DNA of 64,000 nucleotides from Octopus sinensis (lineage: Eukaryota): positions 114,576,001-114,640,000 of the forward strand of contig NC_043000.1 of NCBI RefSeq assembly GCF_006345805.1, in the 5' to 3' direction. The notes below the pieces were generated by a model. The model searched no databases. It had not been told where the DNA came from and saw nothing but the letters and a program-made list of their open reading frames with translations. Shown piece by piece: positions 22,135 through 35,275 of this stretch. Made by a program: the position numbers and the translations under genes. Positions within the stretch are counted from its first letter, which is position 1; each line of letters starts with the position of its first letter.

Positions 22135-25100
22135 AAATGTCCGGAGATAAAACTATCAACAAAAAAAATACAGACGAATATAGATCTGCTAGTCTTAAGA
22201 AGCGGCGCTATGAGCAATGCTTACATGTAGTGAACCCTAAACTGACAGAGCCATCTCCTAATATAAGAATGGATGCTCGTCATGCTTCAAGGTCAACAAA
22301 TCAAACAATAAACCGCATTGGTCATTGCGCGGATTACAAAAGACCACGTACCCGAAAATTGAACCAAATCCTGATTGAAAAATCAGTTACTGGATCAAAT
22401 CTTCCCAACACACAGAGCTGGACGAACCCCACAACCGGAATATTCCAACAGATGGCCATCCATGCTCATCACCAAATAATCAAAAGAAAAGAAGGAAAAA
22501 TGGTCTAGGGAAGATAATAAAGAAGTTCTTGAGGCCTTCTACCATGCCATATATTTCCCCACAGATAAGTCTAGCACTGTACAAGCATACTTAAACTGGA
22601 GACAGAAACACCCTGAAGTAAGACCCCTACATAGACAGTAACAAGCTTGCCAATGTTAGAAGAAACATTATAAAAAGAAATTACTGACTGAAGTAGAGAT
22701 TGATCAGGTTAGACAAGCAATATCGGATAAAATGAACGAAGCTGCAGCTAGAGAAGATAATACAGAGGAAATGATTATAGACCAGCCCAGGGCGGATAAA
22801 AACGAAGAGAGGATTGAAAGAGTTAGTATAAGTGATAGGCAAAGTGAAATACGCCCTGAACCAATCATAAACACTAAGACAGATGAGCATCAAATAGATA
22901 AAGAAAGTCACACAAATATTGACCCAACAGAACTACATGAGCTAAAAAATCAAATCATGATTGAATGGCTGAAAATTAAAGAAACCAGCATGGATGAGCG
23001 TGATACACTTCCTAAAATCCGCAACTCTAACCAAAACATGAAAATAATTGGTAAAATCCGGCTTGCACTTAAGGATATAATTTCAGTTAATGATGTTGAT
23101 ATCACAAACCTCAACCACCTATACTATGCATCCGCGAAAATCTCAACGATCCTATGTGGTGTAAAGATTAGAAAAACGGCAACAGTCCCACAAAAAGCCT
23201 TCTTGGCAAGAGCGTCTGCAACAACAAATTAAAGTATTTAGATCTGACATGAATATTTGAAAAACCTTAAGGCTCACAAGACTACCAAACCTACAAAAAC
23301 CCAAAATTACTGAAAAATACAATATGAAAACTATACTTGATATTGATGCCACCATAGAAACCATCAAACAAAAGGTATCTGCCAAAGCTGCCCGCATAGC
23401 GAGGTATGAAAAGCGTGTTAGATTTTCAAGGACAACAACATGTTCAAAAATAACACCAAGAATTTTTACAGGAAGATAGGAAAAACAGCGTTTACTGCAG
23501 GGTCTGTACCATCAAAAGAAGAAGTGCAGAGATTTTGGAATAAAATCTGGGCAGAAGAAAAAACACACAACGAAAAGGCCCCCTGGATTGACAGAATATC
23601 TACAGAACTGGACCCCTTAGAAGAGCAAAGTGGGAGGGTGTCAAGGTAGAAGATATAAGATCTGCTCTCAGGAGGTCAAGCAAATGGAAGTCTCCAGGAA
23701 AGGATAAAATTCCTAACTTCTGGCTGAATGCCTTCCCAGAGAGCCATGAACTGCTAACAGAACTGTACAATGATGTTTTGCAACACCCTAGTAGGATGCC
23801 TCCTTGGCTAGTTAATGGGTTAACATTCCTGCTTCCAAAAAGTGAAGAAACAAATGAACCAAAAAACTATAGACCCATAACCTGCTTAACAACTATGTAC
23901 AAAACACTAACATCTGTCCTGACGGAATATACCTATAGTTTTTTTAACAGACAGCAGCATATTCCCTAATGAACAGAAAGGATGTAAACGTGGATCCTAC
24001 GGCTGTAAAGACCAACTACTCATCAATAAGATGATCTTAGAAGATTGTCACAAACGACACAAAAACTTATCAATAGCCTGGATAGACTATAAAAAGGCTT
24101 TTGATAGCCTACCACATAGCTGGATTAGGAAATGCCTTGAAATGTATAAGATAGCACCAACTCTGCGAAACTTCTTGACTGTAAGTATGAGATCATGGAG
24201 AACCACACTAACTCTGAACAGTGACAGTGAATCCCTAAATGCTGGTGATGTAAAAATTTCGTGTGGCATTTTCCAGGGTGACTCACTGTCACCACTCCTC
24301 TTTTGTTTATCCTTAATACCTCTCTCAAAGCTGCTCAATGACGCGCAGTACGGGTATAAAATGTTTGATAAAAATATAAATCATCTCGTTTACATGGATG
24401 ATTTAAAGCTTTTTGCAAAAAATGATCAACAACTCAAGGGCTTACTAGCGATAGTCAAACAATTCAGTGACGACATCAGAATGCAATTCGGCCTCGATAA
24501 ATGTGCAAAGGCTACCTTTATCAAAGGAAAAATGACAGAAACATCTAACGTTAACCTTGACCAACAGAATGTCATAAAACTAGACCCAGCGGAGAGCTAC
24601 AAGTACCTAGGGGTAATTGAAGGGAACGGAATAAGGCATTCAGAGATGAAGGAAAGGATCAGGAGAGAATGCTATCGAAGAGTGAGAGCAATACTCAAGA
24701 CAGAGCTGAATGCAAGAAACAGGATCGAAGCAATCAATGCATTAGCTATACCAGTCGTGACTTACAGTTTCAATATTGTTAACTGGTCAATTACTGAAAT
24801 ATGTCAGCTCGACAGAAAAATAAGGAAACTGTTGACAATGCATAGAATGCACCACCCTAAGGCAGATACAGAACGACTCTATCTGCCAAAAAAAGAGGAG
24901 GCCCGTGGTCTTTTGCAACTGGCAATAACAATGAAGATTGCTACAATTGGCCTAGACACCTACCTGAAAACTCTGAGGACTGGATGTTAAAACTTGTCTC
25001 AAAACATGAAAACAAGAAAGCATCATACTCAGTCACAAAACAGGCAAAGGAATATCTAAGTGAATTCCGAATACAACCAATTTCGGAATTAGAGATAGAC

Positions 25101-26162
25101 ATACAAGAAACAGCACAGAAAAAGCTAGGCGCATGAAAACCCGTGCCAAAACTGCGGCCTTAGATATTCTGAATAATAAATGGCAAGAAAAACCTCTATG
25201 GCAAATACCCAAAGAGAGCGAATAATGCAGATATCGACAAAGCCCTGACCCATCAATGGCTAATGGCCTCTGGCTTAAAATCTGAAACAGAGGGGTTTAT
25301 CATAGCAGCTCAAGATCAATGCCTACCACCAACAAGAAACTACCAGGCCAACATATTAAAGATCAGAAGCAGTCCAACGTGTCGTGTATGCAAGCAACAA
25401 AATGAAACCATTGACCATGTGGTCTCCAAGTGCAGTCTTCTAGCGCCTACAGAGTATCTCAACAGGCACGATAGAGCTGCACAATATATTCACTGGGTAA
25501 TCTGTAAAAACCTGGATTTGCCCCATGAAAAAAACTGGTGGGAACACAAACCACCCCCAGTGCTTGAAAATGACCACATCTCACTCCTCTGGAACTTCAT
25601 TCACCATTCAAACTGACAGAAAGATAGATGCAAATAGGCCAGACATCATATTGAAAGACTTCAAACAAAGAACATGCCTCCTCATTGATATGACTGTCCC
25701 AATCGATATAAACGTATCTGTCAGGACCTACCAAAAACTGAGCAAATATAAGATCTTGAAATAGAAATCAGCAAAATGTGGAAGCTGAAGACTAAAACAA
25801 TACCTGTTGTCATAGGTGCCCTGGGAATGATAGCAAAAGGGGCTGATAGCTACCTAACTCAGATACCAGGAAACCCAAAATGGCAGAAGTTCAAAAGATA
25901 GTGCTCATGGGAACTGCTCATATCCTACGCAAAATACTCTCTATGTAACCTCAAGGTTTAAAACAACCATAATTTTCGGTTTAAAAAAAAAAAAAAAAAA
26001 ACTTTTTTTTTTAGACATTCATTAGTACAACATCCCCACCCCCCAAATATATGGCACACTAGGCATAACAACAACATGAACATCCAACCCTGTTGTCTCT
26101 TGAGGTCTCTGGGTGAGACTTGGAGCCAACTTGTACAAATATAAAGCAAAAGTCAAACATAG
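22135..26162 (+). mobile_element. Near full-length R4/Dong-clade non-LTR retrotransposon, frameshifted
   Basis: N-terminal KWSREDNKEVLEAFYH, NYRPITCL, IAWIDYKKAFDSLPH, GIFQGDSLSPLLF, YMDDLKLF, CCHC CRVC..NETIDHVVSKC and RLE RPDII. Stop at about 25946. (AAT)n on both flanks. Confidence 0.9.
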
Positions 26163-26252
26163 AATAATAATAATAATAAATGCCAATGGTAAAACGCAGT
26201 ATGATCGAACCCGAGATCTCGGTAATTATGAAGTGAATTCCATAAACATTTG

Positions 26253-26304
<52 letters not shown>

Positions 26305-26431
26305 CACACAAGTACGCACGCGCATGCTTAAGATAAACACTTATGTGCTGAGGCCGTCTCCGAAGAAGCTAATATTTCATTAGGCAGTGAGGCAGTTTGT
26401 AGATGCTTTAACTCCTTCCCACCACAACATC

Positions 26432-26477
<46 letters not shown>

Positions 26478-26485
26478 ATATATAT

Positions 26486-27378
26486 TCAATGAAGCTACGA
26501 AAACTATGAGAAAGCGACAACCCGAGAGTCTCCCGAGAGGGTGGGAGAATGGGAGACTCAACAGGACGGATCTAATGGTAACGATGAGGAATGATTTACC
26601 GGCACAGAGCCAACCACAATCACCATTAACTGGAAAAATAGTGTGAGTGAAATGTCTCTGTGGAAAGATCTGCAAGAATGCAAAAGGGCTCAAGGTGCAT
26701 CGAAACAGGTTGGAATGTGGGAACGAAGATCCACAGTTGTAGTGCTCAGTGGTGGCACCTGTTGAGACATCAGTAGTTGGGGAGGTATTGGGAAAAAAAT
26801 GTCACTTCGGAAAGATCTGCAAGAATGAGAAAGGGCTCATGATACACCGAGCTAGATCCATCTGTGGAAAAGAGGAGACACAGGTGCAGCGCACAGTGGT
26901 AACATCTGGTGAAACGCAGGAGAAGTCCCCAGGAGGAGCGAGCCATCCAGAAGGCCAATCCCACGAACGAACGAAGCAAATAGCTCAAGATGGATGAAAA
27001 AATGAAATGGCAACAACTGGACCAAGACCTCGAGATAATATTGGCAAGGAGAATGGATGGCAGGTATGGCTTTTCTCAGAGGTTGGCTGCATGGGATTCC
27101 TTGCTCAACCGGCATGTAGGATGCTTACAGCCATTGGAATGAGAGGTAGGGAGCAAAGGGTGGCTGTGCACAGGATGAGAGAGGCGGCTGAAAGAGCTTC
27201 TTGTTGGCTTTGGAGGCACGAGAGAAGAGTTAAGCTGGGAGCCAGGAAGAGATGAGGAGCAGTGACTTGGTCACCTCTGCTGAGCACTACGGTTCAGAGT
27301 CGAAACACCTGACGAACGTTAGATACCGTCTGATGACATCAGTTCCTCCTGACCAAGGTTTCATTCATAAAGTTTTAT
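26486..27378 (+). mobile_element. Internally deleted R2-superfamily (HERO-like) element
   Basis: Two N-terminal fingers (KCLCGKICKNAKGLKVH and KCHFGKICKNEKGLMIH) joined near 27044 directly to the C-terminal GWQVWLFSEVGCMGF...EAAERASCWLW. No RT present. Confidence 0.7.
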
Positions 27379-27397
27379 TAACACACACACACACACA

Positions 27398-27468
<71 letters not shown>

Positions 27469-27489
27469 CTTATATTTATATATATAATA

Positions 27490-27825
27490 AGGACCCCCTT
27501 CGATCATGAAGAGCATGGATTGCCCCTAGGAAGTTTCCCTCCGATGCACAAAGACCCAGGCAAGGTTGTTTACGGAAGATCAGCAGTCGCCCATGCATTC
27601 CAGCCTCCTCTCTCCACGCCGCTGATGTTATGCAAGGGTAAGGCAAAGGCCGAAACAGCTTGGCACCAGCGACATCGCAACTCATTTCTACAGCTGAGTG
27701 AACTGGAGTGATGCGAAGTAAAGTGTCTTGCTCAAGAAGACAGTACACAGCCCGGTCCGGGACCGAACTCATTACTTCATGATTGTCAACCCGTCGCTCT
27801 AACCACTGAGTCATGCACCTTCATC
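27490..27825 (-). mobile_element. tRNA-derived SINE family 3 with CORE-like central domain
   Basis: Head tgactcagtggttagagc...gagttcggtccc, followed by ttgagcaagacactttacttcgcatcactccagttcactcagctgtagaaatgag. Confidence 0.75.
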
Positions 27826-28369
27826 CAACCCCACGCACACACACATTTATAATCATATGTATGTATATACACAGACACGCCTATATAAACTTTTCTCTAA
27901 TTGTTTTCGGCGTCTGTAAAGTGACAAACCGACAAAGTTCCCAGACTGAGCATGCTTGGTGAACGGAAATGCGTGTGTGATTGAATGACGATAATTGACA
28001 ATAATGACGATAATGTGTAACGATAATTTGTGTTTGTGTTTGTGTGTTTTTGTGCTTATGTTTATAAATCGTCTTTTCAGAATTTAATACGACCTAACCA
28101 CTAATTAACCTTAATTAGTGCTTATTATGTCATCTTACATATCATGTGTGCGCGTGTGTTAATGCACTTACATATTCATATAAGGCTTCACAAACATGTC
28201 GATTTTTGTGTATTTTAGGTAATCCATAGAACAGACTAGGACTGTATTTAAAGTTGGATAAATAGTCTATTTCATTTTTAGTGAGACCCTTTCCTTGAAT
28301 TTGAAGTAAGGAGGATAAGTTTTTAAGTGTTTTCTGTGGGCTATATTGTCTTATAACTGTGGATCATGC

Positions 28370-28740
28370 CCCATCTTTTGGAGGGTTCAGAATTCCACTT
28401 TAAACAAGGTAAAATATTTAAGATCAAATCAAATTTCACCTATGCCTCGGAAAATATAATCTATGCCATGACATGATTAGGATGTGGTAACAACTATATT
28501 GGCCAAACAGGAATTTCACTCCGTCGAAGAACCACTCTCCACTAAGAACAAATCCGCCACCCACAATACAGACAGATACAGGTCAGTGAATACATAGAAA
28601 GGTGTGCTAGGAATCTTAATCTTAATTTCCTAATTTTCCCCTTCTATCAATGTTCACAGAACACCTCAGTACAACAAAGAACGATAAAGATGCAACGTTC
28701 ATCAATAAATATCTTACACAACTCAATATGAACACATAAC
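28370..28740 (+). mobile_element. Penelope-like GIY-YIG endonuclease fragment
   Basis: ENIIYAMT*LGCGNNYIGQTGISLRRRTTLH*EQIRHPQY. Confidence 0.8.
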
Positions 28741-29207
28741 ATAATACAGAACACTAGTAACCTTTCAATTAATACCACTAACCCCCATACATCCCTTACA
28801 CCATTCACATTACAATTCTATATCTAACCTAATTGTACCAAATGCAGACCTACTTACCTCCTTTACACATAATATTTTTTCTCATGGACTAAAAGACCTG
28901 ACACTGTTCATTAATCGGTGTGCATTCAAAGCAATGAATAACTGTATTCAAAGCAATGATTAGTAACTTACGAAACCGGCATGCTTGAATCTCTTTAACA
29001 ATTCACAATAATGACTTTTTTTAAACTTTTATTCCTACCTCAGTTCATCTAATTGTATATATCTTTCGTTACTTTTCATAAAAAGCCTTTACTTTCTTTG
29101 ATTTCCAATGTGCATTTTCGTTTATTTTTCTTACTTACCCCTTACATTACCACGTATAGTTTCTATTTTCTTTTTGTAACATATTTCTATTCTATTGTTT
29201 ATATATA

Positions 29208-29370
29208 GGCGCAGGAGTGGTAAGTAGCTTGCTAACCAACCACATGGTTCCGGGTTCAGTCCCACTGCGTGGCACCTTGGGCAAGTGTCTTCTGCTATAG
29301 GCCCGGGCCGACCAATGCCTTGTGAGTGGATTTGGTGGACGGAAACTGAAAGAAGCCTGTCGTATATATG

Positions 29371-29401
<31 letters not shown>

Positions 29402-29610
29402 TTGTGTGCCTGTGTTTGTCTCCCTAGCATTGCTTGACAACCGGCTGGTGTGTTTACGTCCCCGTCATTAGCGGTTCGGCAAAAGAGACCGATAGAATAA
29501 GTACTGGGCTTACAAAGAATAAGTCCCGGGATCGATTTCCTCGACTAAAGGCGGTGCTCCAGCACGGCCGCAGTCAAATGACTGAAAGAGTAAAAGACAG
29601 AGTAAGAGTA
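29208..29610 (+). mobile_element. SINE family 2, full length with internal (TA)n(TG)n
   Basis: Head ggcgcaggagtggtaagtagc...gggttcagtccc, CORE-like ccttgggcaagtgtctt, tail ending gactgaaagagtaaaagacagag. Confidence 0.9.
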
Positions 29611-29667
<57 letters not shown>

Positions 29668-30000
29668 GTAATAATAATGAGGTGGCTAGCAAGACTTCTA
29701 CCTATACAGGTACAATATAAAATAATTGAAGAAAAGAAGGGTAAAAATACCGCTTGCTAAAAATTAAACCACAGCTTCAAAAAACCCAATCTTACGATAA
29801 ATATACACACGTGCGATGCAATAAACATCTTCGAAATAGGCTTACCTTCAGAATGGAATACGAAGATAAATAATACATGTCCCAATGTCAATTGATTTCA
29901 TGCTTTGCATGACAGACATGCTCTGCAATCAGCGAATAGTATTGACATCTATTTCCAAAATATTCACCACGTCTTTACCCTTCTTTTCTTCAATTATATA

Positions 30001-30084
<84 letters not shown>

Positions 30085-30420
30085 GTTAATATCGTCATGC
30101 CTCCTTCCTTCAAACGGGAAGGAAGAGCTATTTTTATCATACTTGTGGCTATGGCGAAAGAATGTATCTGGTGGACGCGCCTGAAAGGATTAGAGACAAA
30201 CACTTTCCTCTCTGGTCAATCTCTCATCAACTTCTTCAAGTATCACTTGAAGAGGAAAGTGAGAGTAGAGAGGCAAGTTTTGTCTAGTGAATGATTTAAA
30301 AAAAGATGGGTGAATGTAGCAAGGATGGTACGTATGAATGACGAAGCCACATTGACTATGACTATATGAACCGTAAAAATTAATACAGAGTTGCTTATTT
30401 GCCAAAAAAAAAACAAGAAA
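30085..30420 (+). mobile_element. L1/Tx1-like LINE 3' fragment after (TATC)n
   Basis: AKECIWWTRLKGLETNTFLSGQSLINFFKYHLKRKVRVE, homologous to 55890-56090. Confidence 0.7.
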
Positions 30421-30660
30421 TATAACATGTGACTTCATTGACCGAGGTTACCGTGGTCTTTTCCGTAGGCTTTTCTCCACGTGTAAACCTCACCTGTCCT
30501 CTCCCCTTTACACTTCATATTGACATTTCTGTGATTACGATCCCTATTGATCGAAAACCAACCCCCTTTTTTTACCCCCAAAAGAAAAGCTCTACCTTGT
30601 AATTTGTTCTGTCTGTGTGGCAGCCCTGTGTGGCTAATAAAGAAACATATCTATGTAATC

Positions 30661-30704
<44 letters not shown>

Positions 30705-30753
30705 CTCTATCTATCTATCTATCTACCAATCCTACCTACCTACCTACCTATCT

Positions 30754-30836
<83 letters not shown>

Positions 30837-30968
30837 GTCTGTCTATCTAACCATCTATCTGTATATATAATTAATAATATCGGGGTAATAAAGATTTTAG
30901 AAATTTTTTCTACCAGTGGCCTAGCGTATCTAAAAATTAGTCAATAGACTATATATTATTCATATATA

Positions 30969-31333
30969 ATACAGTGTACATTTAAACACATTAAGAGATA
31001 TCCACCATAGGACATCCTTACGCTAGAAGGAACAGCTAAAGTCCAAACCACTAATTAGGGACAAAATCTCGAAGGGAATGAAAAATAAAAACATTTACCA
31101 TCTATTTCCTGGACCATGGTTTCTGACTTTTTTTTCGCAAATAAATAATTGACCAGGCGACGTCTTCGTTAACAGGTACATATAAGCACGAGGCCAATCC
31201 AGCATGTACCTCTTGCTTATACATTTTAATTTTTCAAATCTATCTCTAATTAGTGGTTTGGAACTTCAGCTGTTCCTTCTAGCGTAAAGGAGTCCTATGA
31301 TGATACCTCTTAATGTGTTTAAATGTACACTGT

Positions 31334-31335
<2 letters not shown>
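30969..31335. mobile_element. MITE-like foldback element with TIRs of about 93 bp
   Basis: 30969-31061 is the reverse complement of 31243-31335 with a few mismatches; TA-rich flanks. Confidence 0.85.
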
Positions 31336-31416
<81 letters not shown>

Positions 31417-31431
31417 ATATGTATATGTATA

Positions 31432-31760
31432 TGTAAAAAAATACAAACTGGGACAGAACGCAAAACATTTAGAAGACGATACAAAAAACACGGACGGGAC
31501 ATTCGAAGCCTTCAATCTTCAGTCAAGAACCGGATCATCCTCGCAATTTCGGCTGATTAATCTTGAGATCGCTCCGATCCGGCCAGCGCCAAGGAAAAAC
31601 TAAGCTACGAGCATTAGATTTCTTGGAAAAAGGATCGAATGTATACGAAACAGGGACAGAAAAACGGACGATGCCACACGAATATAAATACAAAAAGCAA
31701 TAATAGTAATAACAGGACAAAAACAGCGGGTGTCTTACGACTATAGACAGTACAACTTAG
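31432..31760 (+). repeat. Dispersed repeat; other copies at 32572-32710 and 47150-47280
   Basis: Shared cattcgaagccttcaatcttcagtca...atttcggctg. The 31432 and 32572 copies follow TA-rich microsatellite. Confidence 0.75.
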
Positions 31761-31864
31761 TTTAGCTGGCATATTTGGAAAAAAATGCCTTTTTCGGCAG
31801 ACAAAGAAAACGATGTTCTCAGGGCAGTGGTCGGAGGCCGAAAGGCTGGTTGACCAGCGGTCAC

Positions 31865-32420
31865 GTGAGAGGAGAAGAGAGAGAAAAAGAAGGGGACAAA
31901 GAGAGAGAGAAAAAGAGGGGAGAAGAGAGAGAAAAAGAAGGGGACAAAGAGAGAGAGAAAAAGAGGAGAGAAGAGAGAGAAAGGATTGGCTTGGCGATAG
32001 AATCAGTGAGGTGCAAAGTGAGAAAGACACAGAAATGTGAGGTAGTGGGGGAAGAGGAGACCAAAGAATCAGAGGCAAAAAAAGAGAAAAGGAGGAGAAG
32101 AGAGAGAGAGAGAAAAAGAGGGGAGAGAAGAGAGAGAGGAGAGAGAAAAAGAAGGGGCAAAGAGAGAGAGAGAAAAAGAGGAGAAGAGAAGAGAGAAAGG
32201 ATTGGCTTGGCGATAGAATCAGTGAGGTGCAAAGTGAGAAAGACACAGAAATGTGAGGTAGTGGGGGAAGAGGAGAGACCAAGAATCAGAGGCAAAAAAA
32301 TGAGAAAAGAAAGGAGGAGAGTGAGAGAGAGAGAAAGAGACAGATCAAAGTGGAGTGCAAAGTGTGGAAGGCAGAGAGAAATGTAGGCGAGGTGGAGAGG
32401 AGAGAGAGAGACAGTGTTAT
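31865..32420. repeat. GA-rich tract with a tandem duplication of about 215 bp
   Basis: aggattggcttggcgatagaatcagtgaggtgcaaagtgagaaagacacagaaatgtgaggtagtgggggaagaggaga occurs near 31982 and 32198. Confidence 0.85.
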
Positions 32421-32535
32421 AGAGTCGTACCAAATTTAAAGAAATATTTACTTACATATCAGACCAAAAGGGTACGGGCGTCGCTATTATATATATATAT
32501 ATAATATATATATATATACTATATATATATATATA

Positions 32536-32575
<40 letters not shown>

Positions 32576-32894
32576 AAAAAATACAAACTGGGACAAGAAC
32601 GCAAAACATTTAGAAGACGATACAAAAAACACAGACGGGACATTCGAAGCCTTCAATCTTCAGTCAAGAACCGGATCATCCTCGCAATTTCGGCTGATTA
32701 ATCTTGAGACCCGAAATGAGGGAATGGAGCTGATAAAATCCAGGCTATTCCATTCCCTAAATTTCGATTTTTATTCACATACATAACAGCCCTAGCTGCT
32801 AAACGTGAACTATAAAATAACTTTTTTCAGCTTATCGAACTTCGTTCGATATGGGAAAAATGTACAACCTTCTACGTCAATAAACCTTTATTTT

Positions 32895-34105
32895 TCCTGA
32901 ATACGCTGACTAGCGATCTAGTCAGCCACTCTGAAACAGGCCTGCAATCTCTTGTATCTGCATTTGACTCCGCTTGTGATTCTGGCTTGACCATCAACTT
33001 GGAAAAAAAAAGACAGTTGTAATGTATCAACCTACACGTGGGGCTGTTTGCAACTCCGCTAAAATGTATGTTAAGGGTAAGTTACTTTGAGGTTGCTGAT
33101 CCTTTCATCTACCTTGGAAACTCTGTACAAAATAATGGAAATCTGCGAATTCGAAAGGCAGCACTAGCTTTTGGTGTTTTGGAGTCACGCATATGGTGCC
33201 AGCGACATATAAATAACACAAAATTGACTTTTTACAAATCGTTTGTCTTACCATCCCTGTTGTATTCTTCTGAAACATGGACATGTTATGAAAGACATTT
33301 CAAATTGTTAGAACAATTCCATCAAAAATACCTACATTACATTTTAAACATTAAATGGAATTTTTTTTTACTCCAAACACAGATGTACTTGCGCCTGCAG
33401 GCATCACTTCAATTAAACCAATGACTGAAAAACCAAATGAAATAGTCAGGCCATATTGTTCGAATGGTGAATGAACGCACACCCAAAAGGATGTTTTATG
33501 GCGAGCTTGCAGAGGGAAATCGCTATCGGTGTAAACCTAAAAAGAGGTTTAAGGACGGCATAAGGACTACCATGGAATCACTTGAAATGGATCCAGAGAA
33601 CATAGAAACCTTTGCTTCGGATCGAGCTGGATGGCGAACAAAAGTGGGAAGTAAAGTGAAAGTATTTGAAGAGGCCAGGATAACACATGCAAGACTGAAG
33701 AGAGATTTAAAGAAGAATGTTACGATCGAGAAGGTGAATAACAACGACCTTTTTGTGTGCAGTTTGTGACAGACAATGTCTTTCTTTTGCTGGGCTCAAA
33801 TCTCATTTGCAAACCCATGAAAAACGAACCTCCACCAACTATTCTGTCTCTATGTCTGTGCACATATTTCAATGCCGTGTATGCGATAAGGTCTGCAAAT
33901 CTAACGGAGGCCTCAAAATACATTTTAAGATCCACGAAGATCAGAACTTAGCTACAGCTCTTGGTGGTACAAAGCAGATATTGCAATTTATGTAGGGGTC
34001 TTTTCAAAACAATGTCTGGTTTAAAAAGCGACATCAGGCGCCATGATGGATCTAAGGTGTTGGTACAAGCGGTGCTCAGACTCAGCATAAGGAGTAGACA
34101 ACCGC
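32895..34105 (+). mobile_element. 5'-truncated RTE-clade LINE with three C-terminal C2H2 fingers and an (ATGT)n tail
   Basis: LVSHSETGLQSLV, FIYLG, VLPSLLYSSETW, RTPKRMFYGELAEGNR..KPKKRFKD, then fingers near 33756, 33876 and 33980. Confidence 0.85.
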
Positions 34106-34106
34106 A

Positions 34107-34855
34107 ATGTATGTATGTATGTATGTATGTATGTATGTATGTATGTATGTATGGATGGATGGATGGATGGATGGATGGATGAATGGATGGATGGATGGAT
34201 GGATGGATGGATAGATGGGTGGATGGGTGGATGGATGAGTGTGTATGTATGTATGTATGTATGGATGGATGGATGGATGGATGGATGAATGGATGGATGG
34301 ATGGATGGATGATGGATAGATGGGTGGATGGGTGGATGGATGAGTGTGTATGTATGTATGTATGTATGTATGTATGTATGGATGGATGGATGGATAGATG
34401 GATGGATGGATGGATGGGTGGATGGGTGGATGGGTGGGTGGATGGATGAGTGTGTATGCATGTATGTATGTATGATGTATGGATGGATGGATGGATGGAT
34501 GGATGGAAGGATGGATGGATAGATGGATGGATGGATGGATGGAAGGATGGCTAGATGGGTGGATGGATGAGTGTGTGTGTATGTATGTAGGTATGTATGT
34601 ATGTATGTATGGATGGATGGATGGATGGATGGATGGATGGAAGGATGGATGGATGGATGGATGGATAGATGGATGGATGGATGGATGGAAGGATGGCTGG
34701 ATGGGTGGATGGATGAGTGTGTGTGTATGTATGTAGGTATGTATGCATGTATGTATGTATGGATGGATGGGTGGATGGATGGATGGATGGATGGAAGGAT
34801 GGCTGGATGGGTGGATGGATGAGTGTGTGTGTGTATGTATGTAGGTAGGTATGCA
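34107..34855. repeat. Compound (GTAT)n/(GGAT)n array with higher-order units
   Basis: The motif gggtggatggatgagtgtgt recurs at irregular intervals of roughly 110-140 bp. Confidence 0.9.
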
Positions 34856-35212
34856 CATTGCGGATGCTGCAAGTATCATTCATTAACAAACCGGCAGCAA
34901 GTATGAAAGGAAAGAGAATGTAAAGAGAGAGGAAGAGAGACAGACAGGCAGAGACAGAGACAGACAGACAGACGGATAGAAACAGACAGGGGGCTGGTGT
35001 TTAAATACGGTCTCTTGTCAAAACGTTACCACTCCTTCTTCCATGGTAGCAGATAGGTTTTCACCGATCATATTTACCGAAATAGTAATTTCGGATGGCT
35101 GACGATGCGCATGGTGCCGGTACTTTTCCTATCTTCTCGAAATTAGAAGAAAAATTTTCCTCTCTAGGAACACATTGTCTGTATCTACACAATCGCACAA
35201 ACATGCATTACA

Positions 35213-35275
<63 letters not shown>

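Noticed and set aside
27302-27336. GAAAC...CTGATGA in the HERO-like 3' UTR as a type II hammerhead (same 24-nt spacing at 54688-54722)
   Set aside because: Stems I and II do not pair in either case, so the spacing match is treated as coincidence.
31495-31535. Minus-strand CTGAAGA...CGAAT in the three-copy repeat as a hammerhead
   Set aside because: GAAA is absent and no stem II with a viable loop forms.
31775-32386. 203-aa R/E/K-rich ORF and 114-aa G/R-rich ORF at 58169-58513
   Set aside because: Both are products of GA/CT low-complexity tracts.
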